A stretch of 60,662 nt of DNA from a virus (IMGVR_UViG_3300011339_000240:1-60662); one strand, 5' to 3'; shown: positions 10,581 through 20,696, numbered from the stretch's first letter. The notes: generated by a model not told the origin, from the letters alone. A program made the numbers and translations.

Positions 10581-10984
10581 CTTGCCGCCTTATCTGCCAG
10601 CTTCTCAGCAGTACGCAAACCGCCAAGGCCGAGCATTCCCAAGAGTAAAGGCATCATGGTTCCTGTGTCCATCTGCGGAAACTTGACTGGATGCCCATAT
10701 AAAGCAGAACCCCACTCAGCCAGCGGGCCGATGACAAATTGGACAGCAAATCCCGCGCCGCACACCCAGCCGATGCTTGGACGCCACCCACTGACGAATA
10801 GGCTGGAGCTTGCTGCTTCAACTTTATTGATCTCCATCTGCCCGGTGATCTGGGCCAGTTCGCCGTTTTGTTGCAGCTTGAGCAACTCCAGCTTGGCAGC
10901 GGCCTGCTGCGCCGGATCAGGCAGAACTCGGTCTAAGACTTTGCTGCCAACTTCAAACAATGCGGATACGGGATCAAGTGCCAT
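10577..10984 (-). CDS. Holin (3TM family)
   Basis: FVSGWRPSIGWVCG and LLGMLGLGGLRTAEK motifs; adjacent to endolysin. Confidence 0.8.
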   Translation of the reverse strand: MALDPVSALFEVGSKVLDRVLPDPAQQAAAKLELLKLQQNGELAQITGQMEINKVEAASSSLFVSGWRPSIGWVCGAGFAVQFVIGPLAEWGSALYGHPVKFPQMDTGTMMPLLLGMLGLGGLRTAEKLADKAAR

Positions 10985-11204
10985 CTGGCGCTCCTTTGTT
11001 AGTGCGGATGTCTACGATGCGCTCGGCAGTCTTACCGGCAAAAATAGCGGTGATGACAATAATCATTGCTTGACCGAGCAGGTCAACGTATGCGCCCCGT
11101 GTTTCCATCTCAAAGACAGAAAGCAGTGCAAAGAAAAAGTAGGAGAACAACAGGAACACCACCGTGACCGGCTGGATGTTGCGTGCTAACCATGATTCAG
11201 TCAT
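10974..11204 (-). CDS. Small 2-TM membrane protein (lysis-associated)
   Basis: Two hydrophobic helices; within the lysis cassette. Confidence 0.6.
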   Translation of the reverse strand: MTESWLARNIQPVTVVFLLFSYFFFALLSVFEMETRGAYVDLLGQAMIIVITAIFAGKTAERIVDIRTNKGAPDGT

Positions 11205-11503
11205 CTTGCCTTCTCCATTACTTTGGCCCTGAGTAGAGGGCTATCTGAAGTACCTGCCCACTCAGGTAGGGCATTCCAAATTAGGACGTAATCATCTGCG
11301 CTACATTTTGCCTTATCTAGCCACTCCAGCATGGCCTTGTGGCGCTCTGCTGGATCGTGCATTGTCCAACCAATCACATACAACTCCTGTACTGCACAAA
11401 TTAATTGCTTTTTGGGCAGAGGCGGCGGTGTGCTGCTCAGAATGAGCTTGTTCTGTGCCGAAGATACCGTTGCCAGCATCAAAAAAACCAAAAACAAGCG
11501 CAT
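11201..11503 (-). CDS. Hypothetical exported protein
   Basis: N-terminal signal-peptide-like segment; coupled to the next gene. Confidence 0.55.
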   Translation of the reverse strand: MRLFLVFLMLATVSSAQNKLILSSTPPPLPKKQLICAVQELYVIGWTMHDPAERHKAMLEWLDKAKCSADDYVLIWNALPEWAGTSDSPLLRAKVMEKAR

Positions 11504-11518
11504 ACATGGGCTACATCC

Positions 11519-11746
11519 TTAATTCAATACTTCAACTTCTTTGGGCTTGGCGAGCTCGGCTTTGAGCATCCCTAGGAATGCGTCCTTACCTACCATGAGT
11601 TGCTGTAGCTGAAACTGCGTGGAGCCGATCTTGCGATCCAAATCAATAATATGGTTTAAATAGGTAACTTCTTGTTCATTAAAATCATTAGCATTGTATT
11701 CAACATTATCTATTGTAACAATTTGAGGGCTTTTTTCTTTGCTCAT
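11519..11746 (-). CDS. Small coiled-coil protein (MSKEKSPQIVTIDNVEY...), own internal start
   Basis: AAAGGAAACACAAA-ATG RBS at 11746-11760, inside the endonuclease frame. Confidence 0.65.
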   Translation of the reverse strand: MSKEKSPQIVTIDNVEYNANDFNEQEVTYLNHIIDLDRKIGSTQFQLQQLMVGKDAFLGMLKAELAKPKEVEVLN

Positions 11747-12322
11747 TTTGTGTTTCCTTTGTTTACATTTATTAAAATGCCAGCGAGACATATTAGCTAT
11801 ATCGCCGACCTTAGCACAGTAAGGGCAAGTAACTCGCGGAGCAGTTAATCTTGCTACGCTTATTCTCTCCCTAGCTGATTCTGAATGCGTTTTCCCGTAC
11901 ATAACATTTTTATTTCCAGCACGAGCTAACGAAAATTTTTTCCTAGTTTCATCCGATATTTTTAATAGTTTTCGTTTTTCCAAAGCTCTTGCATAAGATT
12001 CTTTTGAATGTGGAATTCCAATTTTAGCTCTTGATTCTGGGGTATGAACCATTCCAGATGTGCCTTCTCCACCATTGGTAATGTTGCACAATTTGTAACC
12101 TAAACGCTTTAACTGGTCAATTTTTTCAACTTCTGCAAGTAAAACTAATTCTTCATCTACATGCTCAAATGTTTTACGTGCTTCAAAGCCGCCGCATTTA
12201 TTAACAACATTTCTCCAGTATCTATTACGATTCCTTGCCGCTGTTAATCGTTTTAACGTGCCTTTTCCTACATAAAAAATAGCACCCGTATCTAAACGGA
12301 TATGCTCATAAACGTAGAACAC
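11519..12322 (-). CDS. GIY-YIG/NUMOD3 homing endonuclease reading in frame into the downstream small gene
   Basis: FYVYEH..FYVGKG, NITNGGEG, HTPESRAKI and MYGKTHSESARERIS NUMOD3 repeats. Confidence 0.75.
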   Translation of the reverse strand: MFYVYEHIRLDTGAIFYVGKGTLKRLTAARNRNRYWRNVVNKCGGFEARKTFEHVDEELVLLAEVEKIDQLKRLGYKLCNITNGGEGTSGMVHTPESRAKIGIPHSKESYARALEKRKLLKISDETRKKFSLARAGNKNVMYGKTHSESARERISVARLTAPRVTCPYCAKVGDIANMSRWHFNKCKQRKHKMSKEKSPQIVTIDNVEYNANDFNEQEVTYLNHIIDLDRKIGSTQFQLQQLMVGKDAFLGMLKAELAKPKEVEVLN

Positions 12323-12334
12323 GGCGGCTTCCCG

Positions 12335-12628
12335 TTACCAAGGTACGCCAGCGGCGGTTACCGGATTCTTTTGCAGTTCGATCTGCTGTGCAAGGCTTGC
12401 CTCTGTAGCGTCCTTGTCCACGCCGTTTGCCCAGCACCAGCTAAGCACTTCAGCCTCGGTCACGCTGGCGTAGGGGATAGCAGGGGTCGCAGCAGCAAAG
12501 CCGCAAGTGCTGTAAGCGGATGCGGAATAAACACCGTCAACAGCGGTTGCAGTCCAATGTGCTGTGGTGATGAAACCGTCTGCAACTAAGTAGTCGGTCT
12601 GTGTGATTGTCCAAGTGGTAGTGGTCAT
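12335..12628 (-). CDS. Tail-fibre-associated hypothetical protein
   Basis: 97 aa ending GVPW; coupled to the tail fibre gene. Confidence 0.65.
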   Translation of the reverse strand: MTTTTWTITQTDYLVADGFITTAHWTATAVDGVYSASAYSTCGFAAATPAIPYASVTEAEVLSWCWANGVDKDATEASLAQQIELQKNPVTAAGVPW

Positions 12629-14550
12629 AGTTTGCTTTCAAGTTGAGCCACGCGGCGGCGCAGCGATTGCAATTCGGCTATGAGGTTGGCGATGATTTCA
12701 GCACTGGAGTAATCCATCGCTTGCATCTCAGAGCCGTCTTTTACGCCCGTTGCCACGTTGGTGCGGCTGGCCTCTTGGACTTCGTGAGCAATCAAGCCAA
12801 CAAAGGTAGAGCCATCAGCCTTCCATGTTCCTTCAACGGGGTTCAGGCTGTCGATGTATGCACCAGAGGTGGTAATCGGGCCTGTGATGTTTTTCAGACG
12901 GTAGTCGGAGGATGTGTTGTATGCAACTGCGGTTGTGCCGCTTTGCGTAATGGAGCCGATTTGACTGCCGTTATATCCGAACCCAATATAGCCGTCCCCA
13001 TTAGTGTTTGCCGTTGAATGGTTAACGTAAACCTTACCGTCTCCAACTCCTTGAAAGGTAAAGGATCGAGAGTTTGTAAAGCCAGTACTCGTAGTCCCCA
13101 CCAGCAAGTTACCGCTGGAGTCGATGGTGACACGAGCGATAGCGCTACCGTTCGCCGCATTGGTGTAGAAAATCTGGCGTGTAGGTGGGTTTTGACCTGA
13201 CGTATACGTGCCATCAACCTCAATCGTCATGGCGTTAAGGTAGGTGTAAGCAGACCCTTGGTATGGTGCTACACGCAACAAGAACAGACCGTCACCGTCA
13301 GATACACCAGCAGGCGATGCAGTTGTACCACGCGACTTTATGTAATCCAAAACAGGCGCAAACGCATTGGCCGTAGACCGTTGCATTGTGATGCCGTCTG
13401 ATCCATTTACGGTCAGCTTTGTGATTGCGGTAGTAGTACCAACAGCCAAATTCCCACTCGCATCCAGCGTCATTGCTTGGGTGAAGGTGATGGCAGCGCC
13501 TGCGGTGCCGGAGGGGGCGTTGAACCAAGCGTGTTGGCCGCTGAAAGATTGGTATTGCGATGCTGCAGCAGTAATTCCGTACCGCCAGTTGGTACCGTTG
13601 TACCAAGCGTTTGCTGACAAAAACACGTTGTTGTTTGCAGCACTGGCAAGGCTTGATCCAACACCCGCAAACTCAAATGCCTTCAACCCGCTCCACGCAC
13701 TCGGCGTCACCCCCAAGCCGAGGTTGCCGGAGGAGTCGAGGCGCATAGACTCCGCACCGCCTTCCGCAAAGGCAATAGTGTCAGCAGCAGGGAAAAAGAT
13801 GCCTGTGTTGGTGTCGCCTGTAGTGGTGATGGCGGGAGCAGCAGCAGAACCCGCAGAGAAGGTTGCGACACCCGTAGCACTCAGCGTAGTAAACGCACCC
13901 GCCAACGGAGTAGTTGTTCCGATAATGACGTTGTTAATCTGGTTGCCGCCGCCAGCAATCGTCCCACCGAGGGTAAACGCGCCGATGGTGTTAGCCGTCA
14001 ACGTAGTGCCGTTGAAGGTCAAGTTGGCGGAGTCAGTTTCAAGGCCACCAGTGGTGGAGTACACCACACGGCCCGATGTCAGGCCAGAGTTGGTGATGGA
14101 GCTAAATACCCCTGCGCCGCCCGAAGCGTTGGACAACTTGGCGTAATCAGTGCCGTTCCAGAAAACATGCGCCTTCTCGCCATTGACCAGCGTTACGCCG
14201 CTGGTAGCAGAGCCTTTGACGGTCAGAGCAAACCCACCAGTGGTGTTGTTGTTGATTAGATAAATACGGCTGCTGCTAGGCACAATCAAGTTACGCGCTG
14301 CGGTCATAGCCCCGCTGACGTTTAGGATAGCGTACTGCGCCGTGGTCGAGCCGATGTTGGTTGCCGAGCTTGTACCCTGCGTAATACTGAGCGTGACATC
14401 AGTTGTGGTGATGGTGATCGCCAAGCCGCCAGCAATGGCAATGTCCAAGTAAGACGTAACGGCGTTGTTTACGTCATCGCCCCATGTGCCGGACTCAGTG
14501 CCGGTTACCGGCTGTCCAAGGGAAAGGTTAGTTGTGTAATTGACTGTCAT
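12625..14550 (-). CDS. Tail fibre/spike with C-terminal intramolecular chaperone (peptidase S74)
   Basis: GTWG N-terminus, repeated MRLDSSGNLG units, YNTSSDYRLK cleavage motif, GLIAHEV, terminal coiled coil. Confidence 0.85.
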   Translation of the reverse strand: MTVNYTTNLSLGQPVTGTESGTWGDDVNNAVTSYLDIAIAGGLAITITTTDVTLSITQGTSSATNIGSTTAQYAILNVSGAMTAARNLIVPSSSRIYLINNNTTGGFALTVKGSATSGVTLVNGEKAHVFWNGTDYAKLSNASGGAGVFSSITNSGLTSGRVVYSTTGGLETDSANLTFNGTTLTANTIGAFTLGGTIAGGGNQINNVIIGTTTPLAGAFTTLSATGVATFSAGSAAAPAITTTGDTNTGIFFPAADTIAFAEGGAESMRLDSSGNLGLGVTPSAWSGLKAFEFAGVGSSLASAANNNVFLSANAWYNGTNWRYGITAAASQYQSFSGQHAWFNAPSGTAGAAITFTQAMTLDASGNLAVGTTTAITKLTVNGSDGITMQRSTANAFAPVLDYIKSRGTTASPAGVSDGDGLFLLRVAPYQGSAYTYLNAMTIEVDGTYTSGQNPPTRQIFYTNAANGSAIARVTIDSSGNLLVGTTSTGFTNSRSFTFQGVGDGKVYVNHSTANTNGDGYIGFGYNGSQIGSITQSGTTAVAYNTSSDYRLKNITGPITTSGAYIDSLNPVEGTWKADGSTFVGLIAHEVQEASRTNVATGVKDGSEMQAMDYSSAEIIANLIAELQSLRRRVAQLESKL

Positions 14551-14906
14551 AGGATTTCTTTCCAAGAAGTAGTTTGCTCATCCCACTCGTAACGCTTGTC
14601 ATCACTGGGGTATTGTATCGGAGGATGCCATTGGCATGTCTGTTCGTCAAGCCCCCAGCTAGGGTACGGCTGCGGCGGGATAAACGCATCCCTGTCTGGG
14701 TCGTAGGTGTAGCCAATCCCAGCATAGTTTTTACGAAATGGTGTACCGCCTAATGAATGCTGATTGCTCCTTGTGTTGTAGCTGGTCTTTTTCCAAACGG
14801 TTCCTGTTGTCTCTGCATAGATAGCTTCACCATCAAGCGGCTCGTCAACGCCCACAATCACTTGTAAGACTACATTGTTTTCGTCAAGTTCAGCAAAATG
14901 TGCCAT
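14547..14906 (-). CDS. Tail-fibre accessory protein
   Basis: MAHFAELDENNVV, FRKNYAGIGY.YD..RDAFIPPQPYPSW; follows Gly-rich fibre genes. Confidence 0.65.
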   Translation of the reverse strand: MAHFAELDENNVVLQVIVGVDEPLDGEAIYAETTGTVWKKTSYNTRSNQHSLGGTPFRKNYAGIGYTYDPDRDAFIPPQPYPSWGLDEQTCQWHPPIQYPSDDKRYEWDEQTTSWKEIL

Positions 14907-14908
14907 TA

Positions 14909-15895
14909 TTAGAAAATAATTGTTCCAGAGTCAGTAAATTTGTAATACCGGTAAGTTGCGTCTGTAGTTACAGTCGGTGAGCCTGTTGTAGTTGCTGTCG
15001 GTACGGCAAGTAAAGTACGAATGCAAACTATACCTTTACCGCCAGCACCCCCTGTTCCAGAGTTTCCTGATCCAGCAGTTCCAGCACCACCCCCTCCGCC
15101 GCCGGTATTTGCAGTTGCAGCAGCACCATTAAAACTTGTCGCAGTATTGCCGCCAGCACCGCCACCATCTGTTGCAGTTCCTGCTGTACGGCCTGCATAA
15201 GCACCGCCACCACCGCCGCCAGCATACGTTACTGTTGCGCCGCTATATGTACTAGATGTTCCGCCGCCTCCATTGCCGCCCACAGATGCAGTTCCAGCCG
15301 CACCTACCGCACTAGCTCCACCCCCACCACCTCCACCATAAGCAAAAGGTGATGTTGCCGTTCTAAAACCAACGCCGCCTGTGTTTCCTTGCCCTGATGT
15401 ACCAGTGCCTGCTACGCTTGCTGCACTACCACCGCCCGGGCCTCCCCCACCAGAACCCCCAGCTAAACCGGCTAATCCAGCGGCTGTTGAACCACCCCCA
15501 CCACCCCCACCAGTTGCAGTGATTGTTGTTATTCCTGCTCCGCTAATAATAGAATTACCACCGCTCGTACCTCGCGTACTTGCGGGTGTCCCTCCCGCCC
15601 CTAATGGGCCTACGGTAATAGTGTATGTAGTGTTAAAACGCAATAAAAGATCGGTTGCAGTTAATAGCCCACCCGCGCCGCCACCGCCGCCTGATGCCCC
15701 AACTCCAACCCCTACCCCACCGCCACCACCGCCGCCAGCAACTACTAAATAGTCTACTGAAGCCGTTGTAAAAGGCCATATTCCAGCTTTTAGTGCTTGC
15801 AAAACAGTAGCTATTTTCCAAATGCCTTTAGCACTAGCCGTTGTCGGCGTTTGTGCCGTGGACGACATAATAGAACCTTTATATCTTGTAGCCAT
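14909..15895 (-). CDS. Glycine-rich tail fibre/receptor-binding protein
   Basis: YLVVAGGGGGG, YAGGGGG, GGKGIVCIR. Confidence 0.75.
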   Translation of the reverse strand: MATRYKGSIMSSTAQTPTTASAKGIWKIATVLQALKAGIWPFTTASVDYLVVAGGGGGGGVGVGVGASGGGGGAGGLLTATDLLLRFNTTYTITVGPLGAGGTPASTRGTSGGNSIISGAGITTITATGGGGGGGSTAAGLAGLAGGSGGGGPGGGSAASVAGTGTSGQGNTGGVGFRTATSPFAYGGGGGGGASAVGAAGTASVGGNGGGGTSSTYSGATVTYAGGGGGGAYAGRTAGTATDGGGAGGNTATSFNGAAATANTGGGGGGAGTAGSGNSGTGGAGGKGIVCIRTLLAVPTATTTGSPTVTTDATYRYYKFTDSGTIIF

Positions 15896-15901
15896 TGTTG
15901 T

Positions 15902-17065
15902 TTACCAAGATATAGAGCCAGTGCCAGCAGTGAATCTGTACACTTTATAACCAGAGCGATACGTTGTATTTGGCGTAGTGTTTCCTGCGCTTCCGTTGCA
16001 GACTAATCCTGCGGATACAGAAGAAAGATCGGCGTATATATTAGCGTAAGCAATAATTAATATGCCAGAGCCTCCAGTCCCGCCTAGAACACTAGCTGCT
16101 GCACCGCCGCCTCCACCACCTTGGTTAACACCGCCTGCGCCCGGGCCAGAACCTGTAACTCCTCCACCGCCTCCGCCTAAACCGCCAAGAGTCGTACCCG
16201 TGTTGCGAGTCCAACCACCCCCACCTCCAGCGTAGTAAACGCCAGTACTTGTAATTGCGGTTCCGGTTAACGTAGTAGTGGTAGCCTTGTTCATGGTGTA
16301 AGTACCAGTGCCGCCAGTGCCTGTTCCCAAAGCAATAACAACTGTGCCTGCGGGGACACCTGACCCCGTTATTTGCGTACCAATACCTATAACCCCAGCA
16401 GAAACGGCAGTGATATTTATGCTTGTGCTGGTGCTTGTGTTAGCAGTCCCAGCAAACGCTGTGGTAATGGTGCTTAATATTCCAATCCCGCCAGTACCTG
16501 TAGAAGAAGCACCGCCAGAACCAGCAGCAGCTTGACCACCACCACCGCCACCAAAGTTAGTAGAAGTAGAGCCAGCACCGCCATTACTCCCTTGACCTGC
16601 TGTTCCAGTTCCACCAGCAAATCCGCTTAAATAAGCAGCGCCGCCGCCAGATCCGCCATTTGCACCAGCTTTACTAGAATCAATACCACCACCGCCTCCA
16701 GCTATTGCGGGGCTTAAACCTGATGCCGTAAATACTGAATTGTTGCCATTTCCATTTGCAGCCGTTGTATCAGATGAAGATGATGTTCCACCGGCTCCAA
16801 TTGTTACCGTGTAACTTGTTGTAGGGGTAATAGTTGCGGCTGAGGATGAAACTACACCTCCAGCACCGCCCCCTCCGCTATATTGATAGCCTCCAGAACC
16901 CCCGCCAGCAACTAATAAAAACTGAATTGGAAACGGTATAGTGGGCCATGTGGTCGCTTTTTGCGCTTGCATTACATCACTAGTAGTCCAAATCCCTGCG
17001 GCACTAATGTTTGATGTAGCCTGTTCTGTTGATGAAAGAACAGACCCTACATATTGCGTTGACAT
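15902..17065 (-). CDS. Glycine-rich tail fibre/receptor-binding protein (paralog)
   Basis: Same architecture as the neighbour, with an extra beta-rich insert. Confidence 0.75.
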   Translation of the reverse strand: MSTQYVGSVLSSTEQATSNISAAGIWTTSDVMQAQKATTWPTIPFPIQFLLVAGGGSGGYQYSGGGGAGGVVSSSAATITPTTSYTVTIGAGGTSSSSDTTAANGNGNNSVFTASGLSPAIAGGGGGIDSSKAGANGGSGGGAAYLSGFAGGTGTAGQGSNGGAGSTSTNFGGGGGGQAAAGSGGASSTGTGGIGILSTITTAFAGTANTSTSTSINITAVSAGVIGIGTQITGSGVPAGTVVIALGTGTGGTGTYTMNKATTTTLTGTAITSTGVYYAGGGGGWTRNTGTTLGGLGGGGGGVTGSGPGAGGVNQGGGGGGAAASVLGGTGGSGILIIAYANIYADLSSVSAGLVCNGSAGNTTPNTTYRSGYKVYRFTAGTGSISW

Positions 17066-17436
17066 TAGGTTATAGCTTCGTAAGATGAGGTTAATTCAAT
17101 TGCGGATGACGTTCCTACAGTAACCACAATCGACTGTGCTTCACCCAAATATAACGCCGTACTTTTGTCAACAACCACAATTGAAGCGTTTACTGGCACA
17201 GGCACTTGATAGATTAAACGGTAGTTTGTACCAGCGCCAGCCGCAGCACTGTTGACTGCTACAGTTACGGTTGCAACAGATGCAGTTACATTTGACGCAA
17301 CAATATTGTTAATTTTATTAACCGTGCCCGCCGCAGGTGTAAGCGCAGTCCAAGTCGTAGCCGCCGTTGTGCTTGGAATTAAATAGTTTGTACTACCGTA
17401 AATTGATGATACGTTAACAATGTTTGGGTTTGCCAT
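17065..17436 (-). CDS. Structural protein (fibre connector-like)
   Basis: MANPNIVNV.., beta-rich, within the tail module. Confidence 0.6.
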   Translation of the reverse strand: MANPNIVNVSSIYGSTNYLIPSTTAATTWTALTPAAGTVNKINNIVASNVTASVATVTVAVNSAAAGAGTNYRLIYQVPVPVNASIVVVDKSTALYLGEAQSIVVTVGTSSAIELTSSYEAIT

Positions 17437-17445
17437 ATTTATTCC

Positions 17446-17790
17446 TTAGTATCCAAAAACCATTGCCATAACTATTGCCTTACCTTCTGGCACTGACATA
17501 GAAGCAGGGTACGTTACAAACACATTCTTTGCGCCTGCGGAAAAATTTACCAACGAACCAGAATTGCTAGAAGAAAGTACAGTTGTTCTAGACAAAGTTG
17601 TACCAGAGGAGGTGTACGTCCCAATACCCACTTCCCACTCTGTGCCGCCTTCAATGGTGTAGTAAGTGGAATTCCCGTCACCAACGGCGGCAAAGGTCTG
17701 ATACCCAGTTGCTGCACCGGCAAGCGTAACAGTTCCCGTACCCGTTGTCGTGGTGGTTTCTTGAACCCGATCAGCTAAGACAAGTGCCAT
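17446..17790 (-). CDS. Structural protein
   Basis: MALVLADRVQETTTTTGTGT, WEVGIGTY, VFVTYPA. Confidence 0.65.
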   Translation of the reverse strand: MALVLADRVQETTTTTGTGTVTLAGAATGYQTFAAVGDGNSTYYTIEGGTEWEVGIGTYTSSGTTLSRTTVLSSSNSGSLVNFSAGAKNVFVTYPASMSVPEGKAIVMAMVFGY

Positions 17791-17798
17791 TTACACCT

Positions 17799-18653
17799 CT
17801 ACGTTGCGTTATCAATCAACACCCAGTTTGCTGTTTGGGTATCTTGGATTGTAGACCAGCCGGGGGTCTGCGTGCTGTTAATATCTATCCAGTTTGCGTT
17901 TTCGCTGTCATCAATTAGTTGCCAATATACAGGAATCAACGTTCCAACAGCGCCCGCCGCAGACACACCAGTTAGGGCCAGAGTCCTGTCCCCCAAGCCT
18001 AAGCTGCCTACTGAAGCGGCTATCGCGGCGCTGGTTAAACCAAAACTAAACTCAAATTCGACAGAGCCTACATCACCAGTTGCAGTCAACGGGCTAAGCG
18101 GGACAATCAAATACCCAGTTTGGCCTGTTGCCTCAACGCCTGACAGTGCAACTTGTACACTCTGAGTTACAGTTCCTACTGCTCCAGTCGCTGCATTCCC
18201 TGTTATGTCAGTACCAATTCCTTTGTCAGAAACCGTACCTGCCGTACCCTCCGCAGAAACGCCGGTTACTGCTACGACACGACTAGACCCTAATGAGCCA
18301 ACTAAGCCGCTTGCAGTAGTGCTTGTAAGGGCAACAGTGGATGAATTAACAACAGACCCTACCGCCCCAGCCGCGTCTACCCCAGTTATGGCTTTGCTAA
18401 CACTTACCCCAACAGTCCCCACGCTACCTATAGCGTCATCCCCAGCATCTGAATCCGTATTGCTTGGGGCTAATGTTCCAACTGCCCCAGATGTCTCTAC
18501 CCCTGTTATGGCAACAGTAACATCAAGGGGGCCACCCCAAGGGCCAAAACCCCATGTTTCGTACCCCCACGATGCCACCGGGAGAACGGGAGTTACAGCA
18601 GTGTCACCAGTGGCGCTAAAAGGCGCTCCAGCAAATGGGGTTATACCAAACAT
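17799..18653 (-). CDS. Repetitive fibre-like structural protein
   Basis: About 19-aa VAITGVxAxGAVG repeats. Confidence 0.65.
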   Translation of the reverse strand: MFGITPFAGAPFSATGDTAVTPVLPVASWGYETWGFGPWGGPLDVTVAITGVETSGAVGTLAPSNTDSDAGDDAIGSVGTVGVSVSKAITGVDAAGAVGSVVNSSTVALTSTTASGLVGSLGSSRVVAVTGVSAEGTAGTVSDKGIGTDITGNAATGAVGTVTQSVQVALSGVEATGQTGYLIVPLSPLTATGDVGSVEFEFSFGLTSAAIAASVGSLGLGDRTLALTGVSAAGAVGTLIPVYWQLIDDSENANWIDINSTQTPGWSTIQDTQTANWVLIDNAT

Positions 18654-18683
18654 GGCTTAAACGGCTTTTAGCCGCCCCCGGCT

Positions 18684-19160
18684 TTAGGTTGTTGCCAAAC
18701 GCAGCAGCGCAGTAGTCGTGGTATTAGAAGGCATCGTCAGTGTAAACGTACCCGCCGTAATGGTTTGGGAACCAAACGTATGTACGCTCACTGCCTTATT
18801 ACTTTGCGTCGAGTTGTACACTAAAACACAGTCAAACGCTGTAGACAACGTAACTGTTGTGTACACAAAAGAAGCAGAGGGAGTCCAGTAAGCTACTCCG
18901 GCTGTAGCTGAAGCATTGGTTGCAATCGGTGCAGTAGCGTTGGTTACAGTGACCCCGCCAGCCGTGTAGCCTGTACCAGTAACTTCACCAGTAGTAGAGT
19001 ACGCAGTAGTGGCAGCATTAATCGTAGCCGAAGCTAGGAACAAGGCCGCTTTAAACGTGTCCGCAGTGCTTGCAGCACGAATAGGAGAAGCGCCAAAATT
19101 GTGGGTAGCAGTCATCAATTCCCCAAGGAACGATGTAGTCATGCTCTGTGTGTTCGCCAT
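18684..19160 (-). CDS. Structural protein (paralog of 19358..19774)
   Basis: TSF..EL, T.K.AL, EV..GYTAGG and FG shared with the paralog. Confidence 0.65.
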   Translation of the reverse strand: MANTQSMTTSFLGELMTATHNFGASPIRAASTADTFKAALFLASATINAATTAYSTTGEVTGTGYTAGGVTVTNATAPIATNASATAGVAYWTPSASFVYTTVTLSTAFDCVLVYNSTQSNKAVSVHTFGSQTITAGTFTLTMPSNTTTTALLRLATT

Positions 19161-19169
19161 AATAGTTCC

Positions 19170-19361
19170 TTAAAAAGATGCTGCTGCGCCACCTGCAAAG
19201 GTAGGCATTTTCTTCAACGTAACATGCGCTGATCGGTGAACTAATTCGCCATCCAGCCAGTACTCAACCCATGTGGTTAACTCATTGTCATTTTCAATTT
19301 CCCCGGCGCGGTGTTCCAATAGGGAATCATCCATCTCGCCTTTGGTAGTAGTAACAATCAA
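19170..19361 (-). CDS. Hypothetical protein
   Basis: 63 aa, coupled within the operon. Confidence 0.6.
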   Translation of the reverse strand: MIVTTTKGEMDDSLLEHRAGEIENDNELTTWVEYWLDGELVHRSAHVTLKKMPTFAGGAAASF

Positions 19362-19774
19362 TTTGAACTCCTAATAAGCGCAGTTGTGGAGGTATTGGCT
19401 GGCATAGTGATTGTAAACGTGGTGGTCGATGTTTTGTCAGACCCAAAGTCCAGCACTGCAATAGACTTGTTACCCTGCGTAACGTTGTACATCAAAGCAC
19501 ACCGAGCCGTAATCGCCCCAGACCAAGACACATTAGCCCAATTTACATAAGCTACATAACCAGAAGAACTTATAGCTACCCCGGTCATAATTTCACCGCC
19601 AGCCGTGTAGCCTGAAGCAACCACTTCATTGGTGGCGCTGTAGACCGTAGTGGCCTCGTTCAAGTCAGCATTACCTGTATACAGCGCAATCTTGATCGTG
19701 TCCGTGGACAAGTCGTGGATAGCCTGATACAACTCCTTTTTGAAGCTGGTGGTCTGGGTCTGGACTATGCTCAT
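19358..19774 (-). CDS. Structural protein
   Basis: Paralog of 18684..19160. Confidence 0.65.
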   Translation of the reverse strand: MSIVQTQTTSFKKELYQAIHDLSTDTIKIALYTGNADLNEATTVYSATNEVVASGYTAGGEIMTGVAISSSGYVAYVNWANVSWSGAITARCALMYNVTQGNKSIAVLDFGSDKTSTTTFTITMPANTSTTALIRSSN

Positions 19775-20436
19775 TTCACGGCCTGCCTAAACTGCCCACT
19801 ACGATAAGCATCTTGACGTTCCATGCCATCTCCTAAACGTTTGGCTAGGACTATAGCTTCCATATACTTTTGATTGTACAAAGCCATCATGTCTGCTTCA
19901 CCCTTCATATAGGTATAAGCTTCCACCAAAGAGCCATATAACAACACGGAATCAAAGTTATCACCAAGCCATGTTTGCCCGCCTGAAACAGTAGTAATAG
20001 ATTCAGGATAGTAGTAATAATGCAACTCTGCGGAGTAAGTAGCATCCGGCGTTGGGCCAAGGATAAAACTCAACTCATTGGATATGGCCCCGCTAGAAAC
20101 AGTAGGCCCAAACAAAGCGTAGTACTTAGGTGTTCCAGTATCCGTTGGCGTGGGATACGCCTCACGAATAAAGTTTACGTCCTTATTCAATAGAAACGTG
20201 TAAGGGCCAGAACCGGAAAAAACAGCTAATGAGTACGGCGCTAAAAAATCTTCTGGGCAAGACAAATATTTGTTACTGGCAGTAATTGTTCCAATTACAT
20301 TCTTACGTAACGAAGGAAACTGCACTGAGTTGTAGATGCGTTGTTCTGCCTGTGTAATAAACAGGTTTACATCCACCGTTTGAAAGGTGTTTTCCGTGTA
20401 ATCGGAAATCGCAACTACAAGCGCAGCGTAGTTCAT
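19771..20436 (-). CDS. Head-tail adaptor-like protein
   Basis: FITQAEQRI, GTPKYYA, LGPTPD, LLYGSLVEA. Confidence 0.65.
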   Translation of the reverse strand: MNYAALVVAISDYTENTFQTVDVNLFITQAEQRIYNSVQFPSLRKNVIGTITASNKYLSCPEDFLAPYSLAVFSGSGPYTFLLNKDVNFIREAYPTPTDTGTPKYYALFGPTVSSGAISNELSFILGPTPDATYSAELHYYYYPESITTVSGGQTWLGDNFDSVLLYGSLVEAYTYMKGEADMMALYNQKYMEAIVLAKRLGDGMERQDAYRSGQFRQAVK

Positions 20437-20696
20437 GCCATCGGGCCTCGCGCCATAACACCTTTAGTAGCCGCACCAGTACCACGAATTTTGATGCCAC
20501 TAGTTTTTGCAGATTCATTGCCAGCAGATTTGCTAATATTGCCAAGGCTAATATCAACAGTATCAAGTTTGCTACGATTTGGCTCTTTGCCGGGTTGAGA
20601 AGAAATACTCATAGCTTTACCATCCATAGTATGCGGTTGTGCATAGACGGCAGCAGACCCAACTTCTTTTCCCATTTTTTTCATACTGTAAGCCAT
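20433..20696 (-). CDS. Small basic protein with C-terminal RGTGAATKG motif
   Basis: 87 aa; motif resembles the RADG..KG tag. Confidence 0.65.
   Translation of the reverse strand: MAYSMKKMGKEVGSAAVYAQPHTMDGKAMSISSQPGKEPNRSKLDTVDISLGNISKSAGNESAKTSGIKIRGTGAATKGVMARGPMA

Noticed and set aside
13367-14146. 259-aa antisense ORF, and similar plus-strand ORFs across the structural block
   Set aside because: Shadow frames of Gly/Ala/Thr-rich genes with no RBS or protein motifs
12625-17065. Diversity-generating retroelement or invertible tail-fibre system
   Set aside because: No reverse transcriptase, invertase or template/variable repeat pair seen
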